A DNA stretch of 60,657 bases from Clostridia bacterium (GTDB lineage Bacteria; Bacillota; Clostridia; UMGS1883; UMGS1540), in contig JAZNUV010000032.1 in assembly GCA_045592445.1 (NCBI GenBank), forward strand, positions 1 to 60,657. Direction: 5' to 3'. Positions within the stretch are counted from its first letter, which is position 1, and every line of letters begins with the position of its first letter. This document shows positions 19,284 through 27,291 of this stretch, in pieces. The position numbers and the translations under genes are program-made. The notes beneath the pieces were generated by a model, which worked only from the letters and a program-made list of their open reading frames with translations, ran no database searches and was not told the origin of the DNA.

Positions 19284-20482
19284 AATATGTAATTATATTG
19301 GCAGACGGTATGGCGGATTATCCTGTGGAGTCTTTGCATGGAAAAACGCCGATGTCAGTTGCAAAAAAACCGCATATAGACGCGATGGCGGCAGCAGGCA
19401 AACAGTTTTTGGTAAAGACTGTACCTGATACGCACAAACCCGGGAGTGACGTGGCAAACTTAGCCGTTATGGGCTATGATGCGACAAAGTGCTACACGGG
19501 GCGTTCGCCCTTGGAGGCGGCAAGCATTGGCGTCACGCTTTCGAACGAGGATATGTCTTTTCGGGCCAATCTGGTTTCGCTTGGCGGGACAGGGGAATAC
19601 GAGGACCTGTTCATGCAGGATTACAGTGCGGGCGAAATTACAACAGAGGAAGCGCGCGCACTGATAGAAACGCTTTCAAAGGAACTGACATTACCCAATA
19701 TGCATCTTTATGCAGGCATCAGTTACAGGCATCTTTTGGTGTGGAATCAGGCTAAAAATGTAGGCGCATTGACGCCGCCACATGATATTTCGGACAAACC
19801 TGTGCGTGCATACTTGCCGCAAAATGAAATGATTTATCGTGTGATGAAGGAAAGCAGAGAGATACTAAAACATCATCCCATCAATGAAGCACGGCGGCAA
19901 AAAGGCTTGCCGACAGCCGATTCTCTGTGGATTTGGGGAGAAGGGACCAAGGCAAATCTTACGGATTTTTATACACTTTACAAAAAGCGTGCCGCTGTAA
20001 TTTCTGCTGTGGATTTGGTGCGCGGCATCGGATTTTTGGCAGGCATGGAAGTCATTGATGTGCCCAACGTGACAGGAAATATTGATACGAATTTCAAAGG
20101 GAAAGCTGAAGCGGCGGTGAAAACGCTTTTAGAGGACGGCAATGACCTTGTTTATGTGCATATGGAAGCACCTGATGAATGCGGGCACCGCGGGGAAACC
20201 GATAATAAAATTAAATCCATTGAAATGATAGACGAGATCGTAGTGCAATATATAAAAAATGCACTTATGGAAAAGGGTGAGCCGTTTCGTATGTTGGTGC
20301 TGCCTGACCATCCCACGCCAATTTGCACAAAAACACATGCGCGGGATGCGGTACCTTGCCTGCTCTATGACAGTCGCAAAAATGAAAGAAATGCCGCGGT
20401 ATTCACAGAGGAGAGTGCAAAAGCAGGCGGTGTGATAGAACCGGGTTATTTACTCATGCAAAAATTTTTAGGGGAACAGTAG
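19280..20482 (+). CDS. Cofactor-independent phosphoglycerate mutase-like metalloenzyme (ApgM family). The context suggests a homoserine kinase analogue.
   Basis: IILADGMADYP ... YVHMEAPDECGHRGE ... LPDHPTP is typical of archaeal-type iPGM-like proteins. ATGA overlap with rlmB places it in the same transcription unit as hom and lysC. Confidence 0.75.
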   Translation: MKYVIILADGMADYPVESLHGKTPMSVAKKPHIDAMAAAGKQFLVKTVPDTHKPGSDVANLAVMGYDATKCYTGRSPLEAASIGVTLSNEDMSFRANLVSLGGTGEYEDLFMQDYSAGEITTEEARALIETLSKELTLPNMHLYAGISYRHLLVWNQAKNVGALTPPHDISDKPVRAYLPQNEMIYRVMKESREILKHHPINEARRQKGLPTADSLWIWGEGTKANLTDFYTLYKKRAAVISAVDLVRGIGFLAGMEVIDVPNVTGNIDTNFKGKAEAAVKTLLEDGNDLVYVHMEAPDECGHRGETDNKIKSIEMIDEIVVQYIKNALMEKGEPFRMLVLPDHPTPICTKTHARDAVPCLLYDSRKNERNAAVFTEESAKAGGVIEPGYLLMQKFLGEQ

Positions 20483-20494
20483 GAGGAAAATAAG

Positions 20495-21556
20495 ATGGGA
20501 AAAATAAAAGAATTTTTCAAACGGAAGGATGTTACATTTTCCGTAAAACGCTACGGTATTGATGCACTCGGCGCAATGGCGCAGGGCCTTTTTGCGTCGC
20601 TTTTAATCAGTACAATTTTAGACACGCTCGGCAAACAAATCGGTGTACAAATTCTGCGCGATATAGCGGTATATGCGAAAGACGTTACAGGGGTTGCGAT
20701 GGCAATTGCCATCGGTTTTGCCTTAAAGTGTCCACCGCTTGTTTTGTTCTCATTGGCGGCAGTGGGACAGGCGGCAAACGTCCTGGGTGGCGCGGGTGGA
20801 CCGCTTGCTGTATACATAGTGGCTACAGTATCGGCAGAAATCGGAAAACTCGTCAGCAAAGAAACGAAAATCGATATACTGGTCACACCGATTGTCGTTA
20901 TATGCACTGGCGTGCTTCTTTCTATATGGTGCGCGCCATATATCGGACAAGCAGCATCTGCCGTTGGGACTGCCATTATGTGGGCAACGGAGCTGCAACC
21001 GTTTTTGATGGGTATTCTTGTATCGGTTTTAGTGGGTATTGCACTCACATTGCCGATTTCAAGCGCGGCAATTTGCGCAGCACTGGCACTGACGGGCCTG
21101 GCAGGCGGCGCGGCGGTTGCGGGCTGCTGTGCACAGATGGTCGGGTTTGCGGTTATGAGTTTCCGTGAAAATCGCTGGGGTGGCCTTGTGGCACAGGGTC
21201 TCGGTACCAGTATGCTTCAGATGGGGAATATTGTCCGTAACATAAAAATCTGGATCCCCGCAACACTTGCATCTGCTATCACGGGCCCTATCGCAACGTG
21301 TGTTTTTCATCTTGAAATGAATGGACCCGCCGTTTCGAGCGGTATGGGTACTTGCGGCATGGTAGGTCCTATCGGCGTATATGCAGGTTGGGTGGCCGAT
21401 GTTGCCAGCGGTGCAAAGGCAGCCATTACAACAATGGACTGGGTAGGACTTCTCTTGATTGCGATTGTTTTGCCCGCAGTTTTAACCTGGATATTCGGTG
21501 AAATTTGCCGTAAAATTGGTTGGATTCGCGAAAATGATTTAAAATTGGATTTATAA
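20495..21556 (+). CDS. PTS EIIC-like / PfoR-family polytopic membrane protein
   Basis: 353-aa Gly/Ala-rich polytopic membrane protein whose N terminus (FSVKRYGIDALGAMAQGLFASLLI) resembles the COG3641/EIIC-like family. No EIIA or EIIB gene nearby. Confidence 0.55.
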   Translation: MGKIKEFFKRKDVTFSVKRYGIDALGAMAQGLFASLLISTILDTLGKQIGVQILRDIAVYAKDVTGVAMAIAIGFALKCPPLVLFSLAAVGQAANVLGGAGGPLAVYIVATVSAEIGKLVSKETKIDILVTPIVVICTGVLLSIWCAPYIGQAASAVGTAIMWATELQPFLMGILVSVLVGIALTLPISSAAICAALALTGLAGGAAVAGCCAQMVGFAVMSFRENRWGGLVAQGLGTSMLQMGNIVRNIKIWIPATLASAITGPIATCVFHLEMNGPAVSSGMGTCGMVGPIGVYAGWVADVASGAKAAITTMDWVGLLLIAIVLPAVLTWIFGEICRKIGWIRENDLKLDL

Positions 21557-21557
21557 A

Positions 21558-22511
21558 ATGGATTTTAAAAATAAGGTAATACTTGCCCCGATGGCAGGTG
21601 TCAGCGATGCGGCGTTTCGCGAAATATGTCGCGAGATGGGCGCAGATATAGCATATTCGGAAATGGTCAGTGCAAAGGCAATGCAGTTTGAAGACAAAAA
21701 AACCTTTGCGCTGATGCGCTTTTTAGAGGAACCACACCCGCATATTGTCCAGCTTTTCGGGCATGAGCCGAAGGTGATGGCGGCGGCGGCAAAACGGGTT
21801 TCGCAGTTTGCTGATGGTATTGATATCAATATGGGATGTCCTGCACCGAAAATTACACGCGGTGGGGACGGCGCAGCACTCATGCAAAATATGATGCTCG
21901 CGGGCGAAATTGTGGAAGCAGTCTGTGCGGCTTCCGCTGTACCCGTCACAGTAAAAATCAGAAAGGGTTGGGACTGTGAAACGGCGCCTGCATTCGCAAC
22001 ACATATGGAAAAGTGCGGCGCGGCGGCGGTGGCAGTGCACGGCAGAACAGCGAAGGAGCAGTATAGCGGCCATGCAGATTGGGGTACGATTGCACGCGTG
22101 AAAAATGCGGTTCATATTCCTGTTATCGGCAACGGCGACATAAAAAGTGCCGAAGATGCCGTCAGAATGAAGCAGGAAACGGGATGCGACAGTGTAATGA
22201 TTGGACGCGGTGCGATGGGGAATCCGTTTATATTTCGCCAAATTCGAACATATTTTGAGTCGGGCACAGCGCAAACCACGGTGACGGCAGAAGAACGTGT
22301 CGAAACCTGCCTTTTGCAGGTACGGCGTATGATGGCATACAAGGGAGAAAAAACAGCCGTTTTAGAGGCGCGAAGCCATGCGGCTTGGTATGTAAAAGGA
22401 CTTGATGGTGCGGCAGCAGTGCGTGAGAAAATTCATCATGCGTGCAGTTTTTCGGAGCTGGAAACAATTTTATATACTTTTTTAAACAAAGGACGGGAGA
22501 GTATATCATGA
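21558..22511 (+). CDS. dusB: tRNA-dihydrouridine synthase
   Basis: LAPMAGVSDAAFR ... IDINMGCPAPK ... VTVKIRKGW ... HGRT, the Dus-family FMN TIM barrel. Confidence 0.9.
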   Translation: MDFKNKVILAPMAGVSDAAFREICREMGADIAYSEMVSAKAMQFEDKKTFALMRFLEEPHPHIVQLFGHEPKVMAAAAKRVSQFADGIDINMGCPAPKITRGGDGAALMQNMMLAGEIVEAVCAASAVPVTVKIRKGWDCETAPAFATHMEKCGAAAVAVHGRTAKEQYSGHADWGTIARVKNAVHIPVIGNGDIKSAEDAVRMKQETGCDSVMIGRGAMGNPFIFRQIRTYFESGTAQTTVTAEERVETCLLQVRRMMAYKGEKTAVLEARSHAAWYVKGLDGAAAVREKIHHACSFSELETILYTFLNKGRESIS

Positions 22512-23302
22512 AGGTAGCAGTCATTAGCGGTGCGTCCAGCGGTATCGGTCGCGCTGTTGCAGTCGAAATGGAAGCACGTGGATATCAGGTCTATGATTTG
22601 AGTCGAAGCGGATCGGATACAGGCAATATGATACACATAAAAACAGATGTAACGGACGAAACCTCTGTTATGAATGCGTTTGAGAGAATTGCCGCGCGGG
22701 AAGGGCGTATTGACACGCTGGTGCTTTCGGCGGGATACGGTATTTCAGGCGCGGCAGAATTTACTGCCTCGGAAGATGCGATACAGCAGATGCATGTAAA
22801 TTTTCACGGCGTGCATCTTTGCACGAAGTATGCCATGCCGCTTCTTCGGGAAACAAAGGGAAGAATTATTGCAATTAGCTCGGCAGCAGCCGTATTCCCG
22901 ATTCCGTTTCAGGCCTTTTATTCGGCATCAAAATCCGCAATTAACACGTTTTTATTGGCACTTCAAAATGAGGTGAAGTGCTTTGGTATAGACGTAGTTT
23001 CCGTAATGCCGGGCGATGTAGCGACAGGTTTTACTGCTGCGCGGAAAAAAGAGCACGCGGGTGAGGAAATATACGGCGGCAGAATTACACCGTCGGTTGC
23101 TGTTATGGAGAAAGATGAAGCGGGCGGCATGCGGCCCGAGCACGTGGCGCGTTATATTGTGAAAATTGCAGAGAAAAGACATACGAGACCGCAATATACT
23201 GCGGGCGCAAAATATAAGTTCTTTATGTTTCTGCACAGAATTTTGGGCACATCGCTCGTAAATTTTGTGCTCGGACTTATGTATATTAAAAAACCGAAGT
23301 AA
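22508..23302 (+). CDS. Short-chain dehydrogenase/reductase
   Basis: VISGASSGIG cofactor motif, YSASK active site. ATGA overlap with dusB. Confidence 0.85.
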   Translation: MKVAVISGASSGIGRAVAVEMEARGYQVYDLSRSGSDTGNMIHIKTDVTDETSVMNAFERIAAREGRIDTLVLSAGYGISGAAEFTASEDAIQQMHVNFHGVHLCTKYAMPLLRETKGRIIAISSAAAVFPIPFQAFYSASKSAINTFLLALQNEVKCFGIDVVSVMPGDVATGFTAARKKEHAGEEIYGGRITPSVAVMEKDEAGGMRPEHVARYIVKIAEKRHTRPQYTAGAKYKFFMFLHRILGTSLVNFVLGLMYIKKPK

Positions 23303-23316
23303 AAGAGGAGAAGCCT

Positions 23317-25170
23317 TTGGAAAACGTAGATGTAATTGTAATTGGTGGCGGACATGCGGGTTGTGAAGCAGCCGTGGCGGCCGCAACAGTGGGGGCAAAA
23401 ACGCTCCTTTTTTCCATGAGCCTGGATTTTTTGGCATCCATGTCCTGCAACCCCAATATCGGCGGCAGTGCAAAAGGGCACCTGGTACGTGAAATTGATG
23501 CACTTGGCGGTGTGATGGGGAAGGCGGCGGATGCTACTTTTTTACAGTCCCGCCTTTTAAATACGGGGAAAGGTCCCGCAGTACATGCACTTCGCGCGCA
23601 GACAGATAAATGGGCGTATATGCGGGAAATGAAGCGTCGCGTAGAGCATACGGAGAATTTGCAGGTACGCCAGGCGGAAATCGTAGAGGTTTTAACCGAG
23701 GACGGCAAGGTATGCGGTGTGCGCACACATCTTGGTGCGATTTTCCATGCAAAGGCAGTTGTGGTCGCAACGGGCACATATTTAAACGGAAAAATTATAA
23801 CGGGAGAGCATAGCCACGCGGGCGGACCTGATGGCATGTTCCCGGCCGCTGCATTACCCGCCGCCCTTGAAAAAATTGGCGTATCGTTAAGGCGTTTTAA
23901 AACAGGTACGCCGCCGCGTATTTCAAGAAGCAGTATTGACTTTTCTAAGATGGAGGAACAGACGGGTGATGCAGAAATTACGCCGTTTTCGTTTGAAACG
24001 AAAGGAGAATTGCAAAACCGTGTTTCCTGCTATCTAACCTATACAAACGAAAAAACACATGAAATTATCCGCGCCAACTTGCATCGCGCACCGATGTACA
24101 GCGGTACAATTAAAGGTGTGGGCGCACGGTACTGCCCGTCCATTGAGGACAAGGTTGTGCGCTTTTCCGAACGGCCGCGCCATCAGCTTTTTATTGAGCC
24201 GATGGGGCTTGATACAGAGGAAATGTATGTTTCGGGGCTTTCCACATCTCTGCCTGAGGATGTGCAGGAGGAAATGCTACATTCCGTGGCAGGGCTGGAA
24301 AATGCTGAAATTATGCGCGCAGGGTATGCCATAGAATATGATTGCTGTGACCCCTTGATACTGCATAGAACCTTAGAGTGCAAGACGGTGGAGGGCCTTT
24401 ATGGCGCAGGGCAGTTTAACGGCACGTCAGGATATGAGGAAGCAGCGGCACAGGGACTTGTGGCAGGGGCAAATGCCGCACTGAAAATTCTCGGTAAAGA
24501 GCCTCTTATCATAGGGCGTGACGAGGGATATATCGGCGTTTTAATTGATGATTTGGTAACGAAGGGTACAAATGAGCCGTATCGCATGATGACGTCACGC
24601 TCGGAATACCGCTTGCTTTTAAGACAGGATAATGCCGACGCACGCCTTACGCCAAAGGGGTATCGGGCAGGCTTAATTTCTGAAACGCGCTATCTTGCAT
24701 TTTTGGAGAAACAGAAGGAGATTGAGGCGGAAATCCATCGTATGGAGACGAATTCCCTGCCACCGACGGAGGAACTGCGTTCCATTATGGCAGCAAAAGA
24801 ATGCGAGCCCGTCTCTACGGGGATTCGCATTGCAGATTTGGTGCGTCGCCCGCAAATTCGCTACAGCGATTTGGCGACTGTTGACACCAAACGTCCCCCG
24901 CTGTCTAAGGAAGTATGGCAGGAGGCGGAAATCCGCATTAAGTACGAAGGATATATCAATCGGCAAAAACGCGCAGTAGAGCAGTTTCGAAAGCTTGAAA
25001 ATAAGCGATTGCCGAAAGAGATAGATTATATGCAGGTGGATGGTCTGTCCATAGAGGCACGGCAAAAACTGACGGCACAAAAACCTGATAATATCGGGCA
25101 GGCATCGCGTATTTCAGGCGTTTCGCCTGCGGACATCAGCGTCCTTTTGGTGCTGATTGAAAAGGCATAG
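23317..25170 (+). CDS. mnmG: tRNA uridine 5-carboxymethylaminomethyl modification enzyme MnmG
   Basis: VIVIGGGHAGCEAA ... GPRYCPSIEDK-type region (GARYCPSIEDK). TTG start at 23317. Confidence 0.95.
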   Translation: MENVDVIVIGGGHAGCEAAVAAATVGAKTLLFSMSLDFLASMSCNPNIGGSAKGHLVREIDALGGVMGKAADATFLQSRLLNTGKGPAVHALRAQTDKWAYMREMKRRVEHTENLQVRQAEIVEVLTEDGKVCGVRTHLGAIFHAKAVVVATGTYLNGKIITGEHSHAGGPDGMFPAAALPAALEKIGVSLRRFKTGTPPRISRSSIDFSKMEEQTGDAEITPFSFETKGELQNRVSCYLTYTNEKTHEIIRANLHRAPMYSGTIKGVGARYCPSIEDKVVRFSERPRHQLFIEPMGLDTEEMYVSGLSTSLPEDVQEEMLHSVAGLENAEIMRAGYAIEYDCCDPLILHRTLECKTVEGLYGAGQFNGTSGYEEAAAQGLVAGANAALKILGKEPLIIGRDEGYIGVLIDDLVTKGTNEPYRMMTSRSEYRLLLRQDNADARLTPKGYRAGLISETRYLAFLEKQKEIEAEIHRMETNSLPPTEELRSIMAAKECEPVSTGIRIADLVRRPQIRYSDLATVDTKRPPLSKEVWQEAEIRIKYEGYINRQKRAVEQFRKLENKRLPKEIDYMQVDGLSIEARQKLTAQKPDNIGQASRISGVSPADISVLLVLIEKA

Positions 25171-25183
25171 GAAAGGGAAAAGA

Positions 25184-25882
25184 ATGGAAGCATTAAAAAA
25201 AGGACTTTCGGCTTTTGGCATTCAGGAAACGGAGAAGATGACAGAGCAGTTTGCGCACTATGAAAAACTGCTTTTGGAATGGAATGAAAAAATGAATTTG
25301 ACTGCCATCACGGCACATGACGAGGTGGTTAAGAAGCATTTTGTGGATTCCGTTGCCATACAAAGCCTGGTGCCGCATGGCGCACGCGTTGCGGATGTGG
25401 GTACGGGTGCAGGGTTTCCGGGCATACCGCTTAAAATCGTCAGAGAGGACATTCATGTTGTTTTAATGGACGCACTTCAAAAGCGGATTTCGTTTCTCGA
25501 TACAGTCATTGATAATTTGGGGCTTTCGGATATTGATACCTTGCATACACGCGCGGAGGATGCGGGGCGTGCGACATGCCATCGGGAAGCATACGATGTT
25601 ACGGTAGCACGCGCCGTGGCAAATCTCTCGGTTTTGTGCGAATATTGTTTGCCGCTTGTAAAATGCGGCGGCGTATTTTTAGCCATGAAGGGAAGAGAAG
25701 GCCGCGTTGAGGCGGAAAATGCAAAGAACGCTATAAAAATTTTAGGCGGCGAACTTGTGGAAGTTCGTGATGTATTTTGGGAGGAAACAGAGCATACTGT
25801 CGTGGTAATACAAAAGAACCGACAAACCTCGTCAAAGTATCCGAGAAAAGCCGGGACACCACAAAAATCGCCGCTTTTATAA
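25184..25882 (+). CDS. rsmG: 16S rRNA (guanine527-N7)-methyltransferase RsmG
   Basis: NEKMNLTAI ... DVGTGAGFPGIPLKI. ATG 25184 follows GGAAAGGGAAAAG. Confidence 0.92.
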   Translation: MEALKKGLSAFGIQETEKMTEQFAHYEKLLLEWNEKMNLTAITAHDEVVKKHFVDSVAIQSLVPHGARVADVGTGAGFPGIPLKIVREDIHVVLMDALQKRISFLDTVIDNLGLSDIDTLHTRAEDAGRATCHREAYDVTVARAVANLSVLCEYCLPLVKCGGVFLAMKGREGRVEAENAKNAIKILGGELVEVRDVFWEETEHTVVVIQKNRQTSSKYPRKAGTPQKSPLL

Positions 25883-25948
25883 CGCAAAAGATGTCGGAAA
25901 ATTTTTCTTTACATATTTGGAAAAATATGGTAATATCTTGCTGAGGTG

Positions 25949-26782
25949 ATGCATATGCTAACATTTAAGCTGCAAGATGAAAAGAACAAAATTTTCCAAA
26001 TTCCGGTGGAAAATATTATTCCAAATCCGTATCAACCACGCCAGACTTTTGACAGTATGGCAATAGAAGAGCTTGCCAATTCGATTCGTGAATACGGCGT
26101 AATTCAGCCAATTACCGTGCGGCGGCTCTCTAAGGACTTATACGAGCTTGTAACGGGGGAACGTCGTCTGCGGGCAGTAAAATCATTGCGCCGTCCGACC
26201 ATACCTGCTATGCTGATGCGGATAGGAGAGGATGACAGCGCTGTGATTGCGCTGATTGAGAATCTGCAACGAAAGGAACTTGGATTTTTTGAGGAGGCAG
26301 AAGGCTACCATCGTTTGATTTGTGACCACGGGATGACGCAGGAGGAGGTCGCAGCGAAAACAGGCAAAAAGCAGTCCACAGTTGCCAATAAGCTGCGTAT
26401 TTTGAAGCTAAGCCCGTACCTGAAGAAAATTGTATCGGAAAATAAGCTGACAGAACGTCATGCACGTGCGCTTTTAAAGCTGCCCGATGAGGAAATGCAA
26501 TGGAAGGCACTCATGAAAATTGTGGAGCAAAATATGAATGTGCGCGCTGCTGAAGAATACATAGAGTCTCTTTTGGCAGAGGTAGAGAAAGAAGCAGAGG
26601 CAGAAAAAGAGAAACCATCTGTACAGCCGACAGTTGTAAAATGCAAAAAAAGCGATTATCGCATTTTCTTAAATACGATTGATAAGGCGCTTGAGATGGT
26701 ACGAGAGGCGGGCGTTGCGCCCGTAGTTGAACAGAAAGAACATAAGGAATACTACGAATACACCATTCGTATCAATAAATAG
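25949..26782 (+). CDS. ParB/Noc-family DNA-binding protein
   Basis: ParB box IIPNPYQPRQ ... GVIQPITVR ... GERRLRA ... ENLQRKEL, an HTH (TQEEVAAKTGKKQSTVANKLRIL) and an acidic coiled C-terminal region. The start is ambiguous (GTG 25946, ATG 25949 or ATG 25955). Confidence 0.8.
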   Translation: MHMLTFKLQDEKNKIFQIPVENIIPNPYQPRQTFDSMAIEELANSIREYGVIQPITVRRLSKDLYELVTGERRLRAVKSLRRPTIPAMLMRIGEDDSAVIALIENLQRKELGFFEEAEGYHRLICDHGMTQEEVAAKTGKKQSTVANKLRILKLSPYLKKIVSENKLTERHARALLKLPDEEMQWKALMKIVEQNMNVRAAEEYIESLLAEVEKEAEAEKEKPSVQPTVVKCKKSDYRIFLNTIDKALEMVREAGVAPVVEQKEHKEYYEYTIRINK

Positions 26783-26792
26783 TCAAGATTCT

Positions 26793-26819
26793 AAAAAGGC
26801 GCTTTCCAGCGCCTTTTTT
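26793..26819. terminator. Bidirectional rho-independent terminator (parB-like gene / HIT-alaS convergent)
   Basis: AAAAA-GGCGCT-TTCC-AGCGCC-TTTTTT. A second hairpin at 26833-26863 (GCAAGCAGCTG...CAACTGCTTGC) lies just downstream of the HIT gene. Confidence 0.8.
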
Positions 26820-26937
26820 CGTTATACAATAAGCAAGCAGCTGCCGAAGTGACAACTGCTTGCAATAAAATCTTATTTGAATACGCGACTTTGATGCTTG
26901 TCAAAAAACCATTTTGTTTTGGGATAAAATCTGTTCT

Positions 26938-27279
26938 TCAACCCGGCGGCCATTGCAAAAGACGTCCGCCAAGGACATGAAAATGCAAATGCTTTACGGA
27001 TTGAAGGCCATTCTCGCCGCAATTATTGACAATGCGGTAGCCACTCTCTGCAATGCCAAGCTCTTTGGCAATTTTAGGAATAACGGCAAAGATGTGTGCA
27101 ACTACATCGGCGTTTTCCGAAGTTAAATCATTTGCAGAAGCAATATGCGCCTTTGGAATCACAAGAAAGTGCGTGGGTGCTTGCGGTTCAATGTCCAAAA
27201 AGGCATACACAGAATCGTCTTCATAAACTTTTTTAGAAGGGATTTCGCCCGCCACAATTTTACAAAATAAGCAATCCAT
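26938..27279 (-). CDS. HIT family (histidine triad) nucleotide hydrolase
   Basis: MDCLFCKIVAGEIPS ... HLHFHVLGG. Confidence 0.92.
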   Translation of the reverse strand: MDCLFCKIVAGEIPSKKVYEDDSVYAFLDIEPQAPTHFLVIPKAHIASANDLTSENADVVAHIFAVIPKIAKELGIAESGYRIVNNCGENGLQSVKHLHFHVLGGRLLQWPPG

Positions 27280-27291
27280 AAAAAAGCCTCC

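Noticed and set aside
23286-23837. 183-aa minus-strand ORF
   Set aside because: It is antisense to mnmG and has no motif. Shadow ORF.
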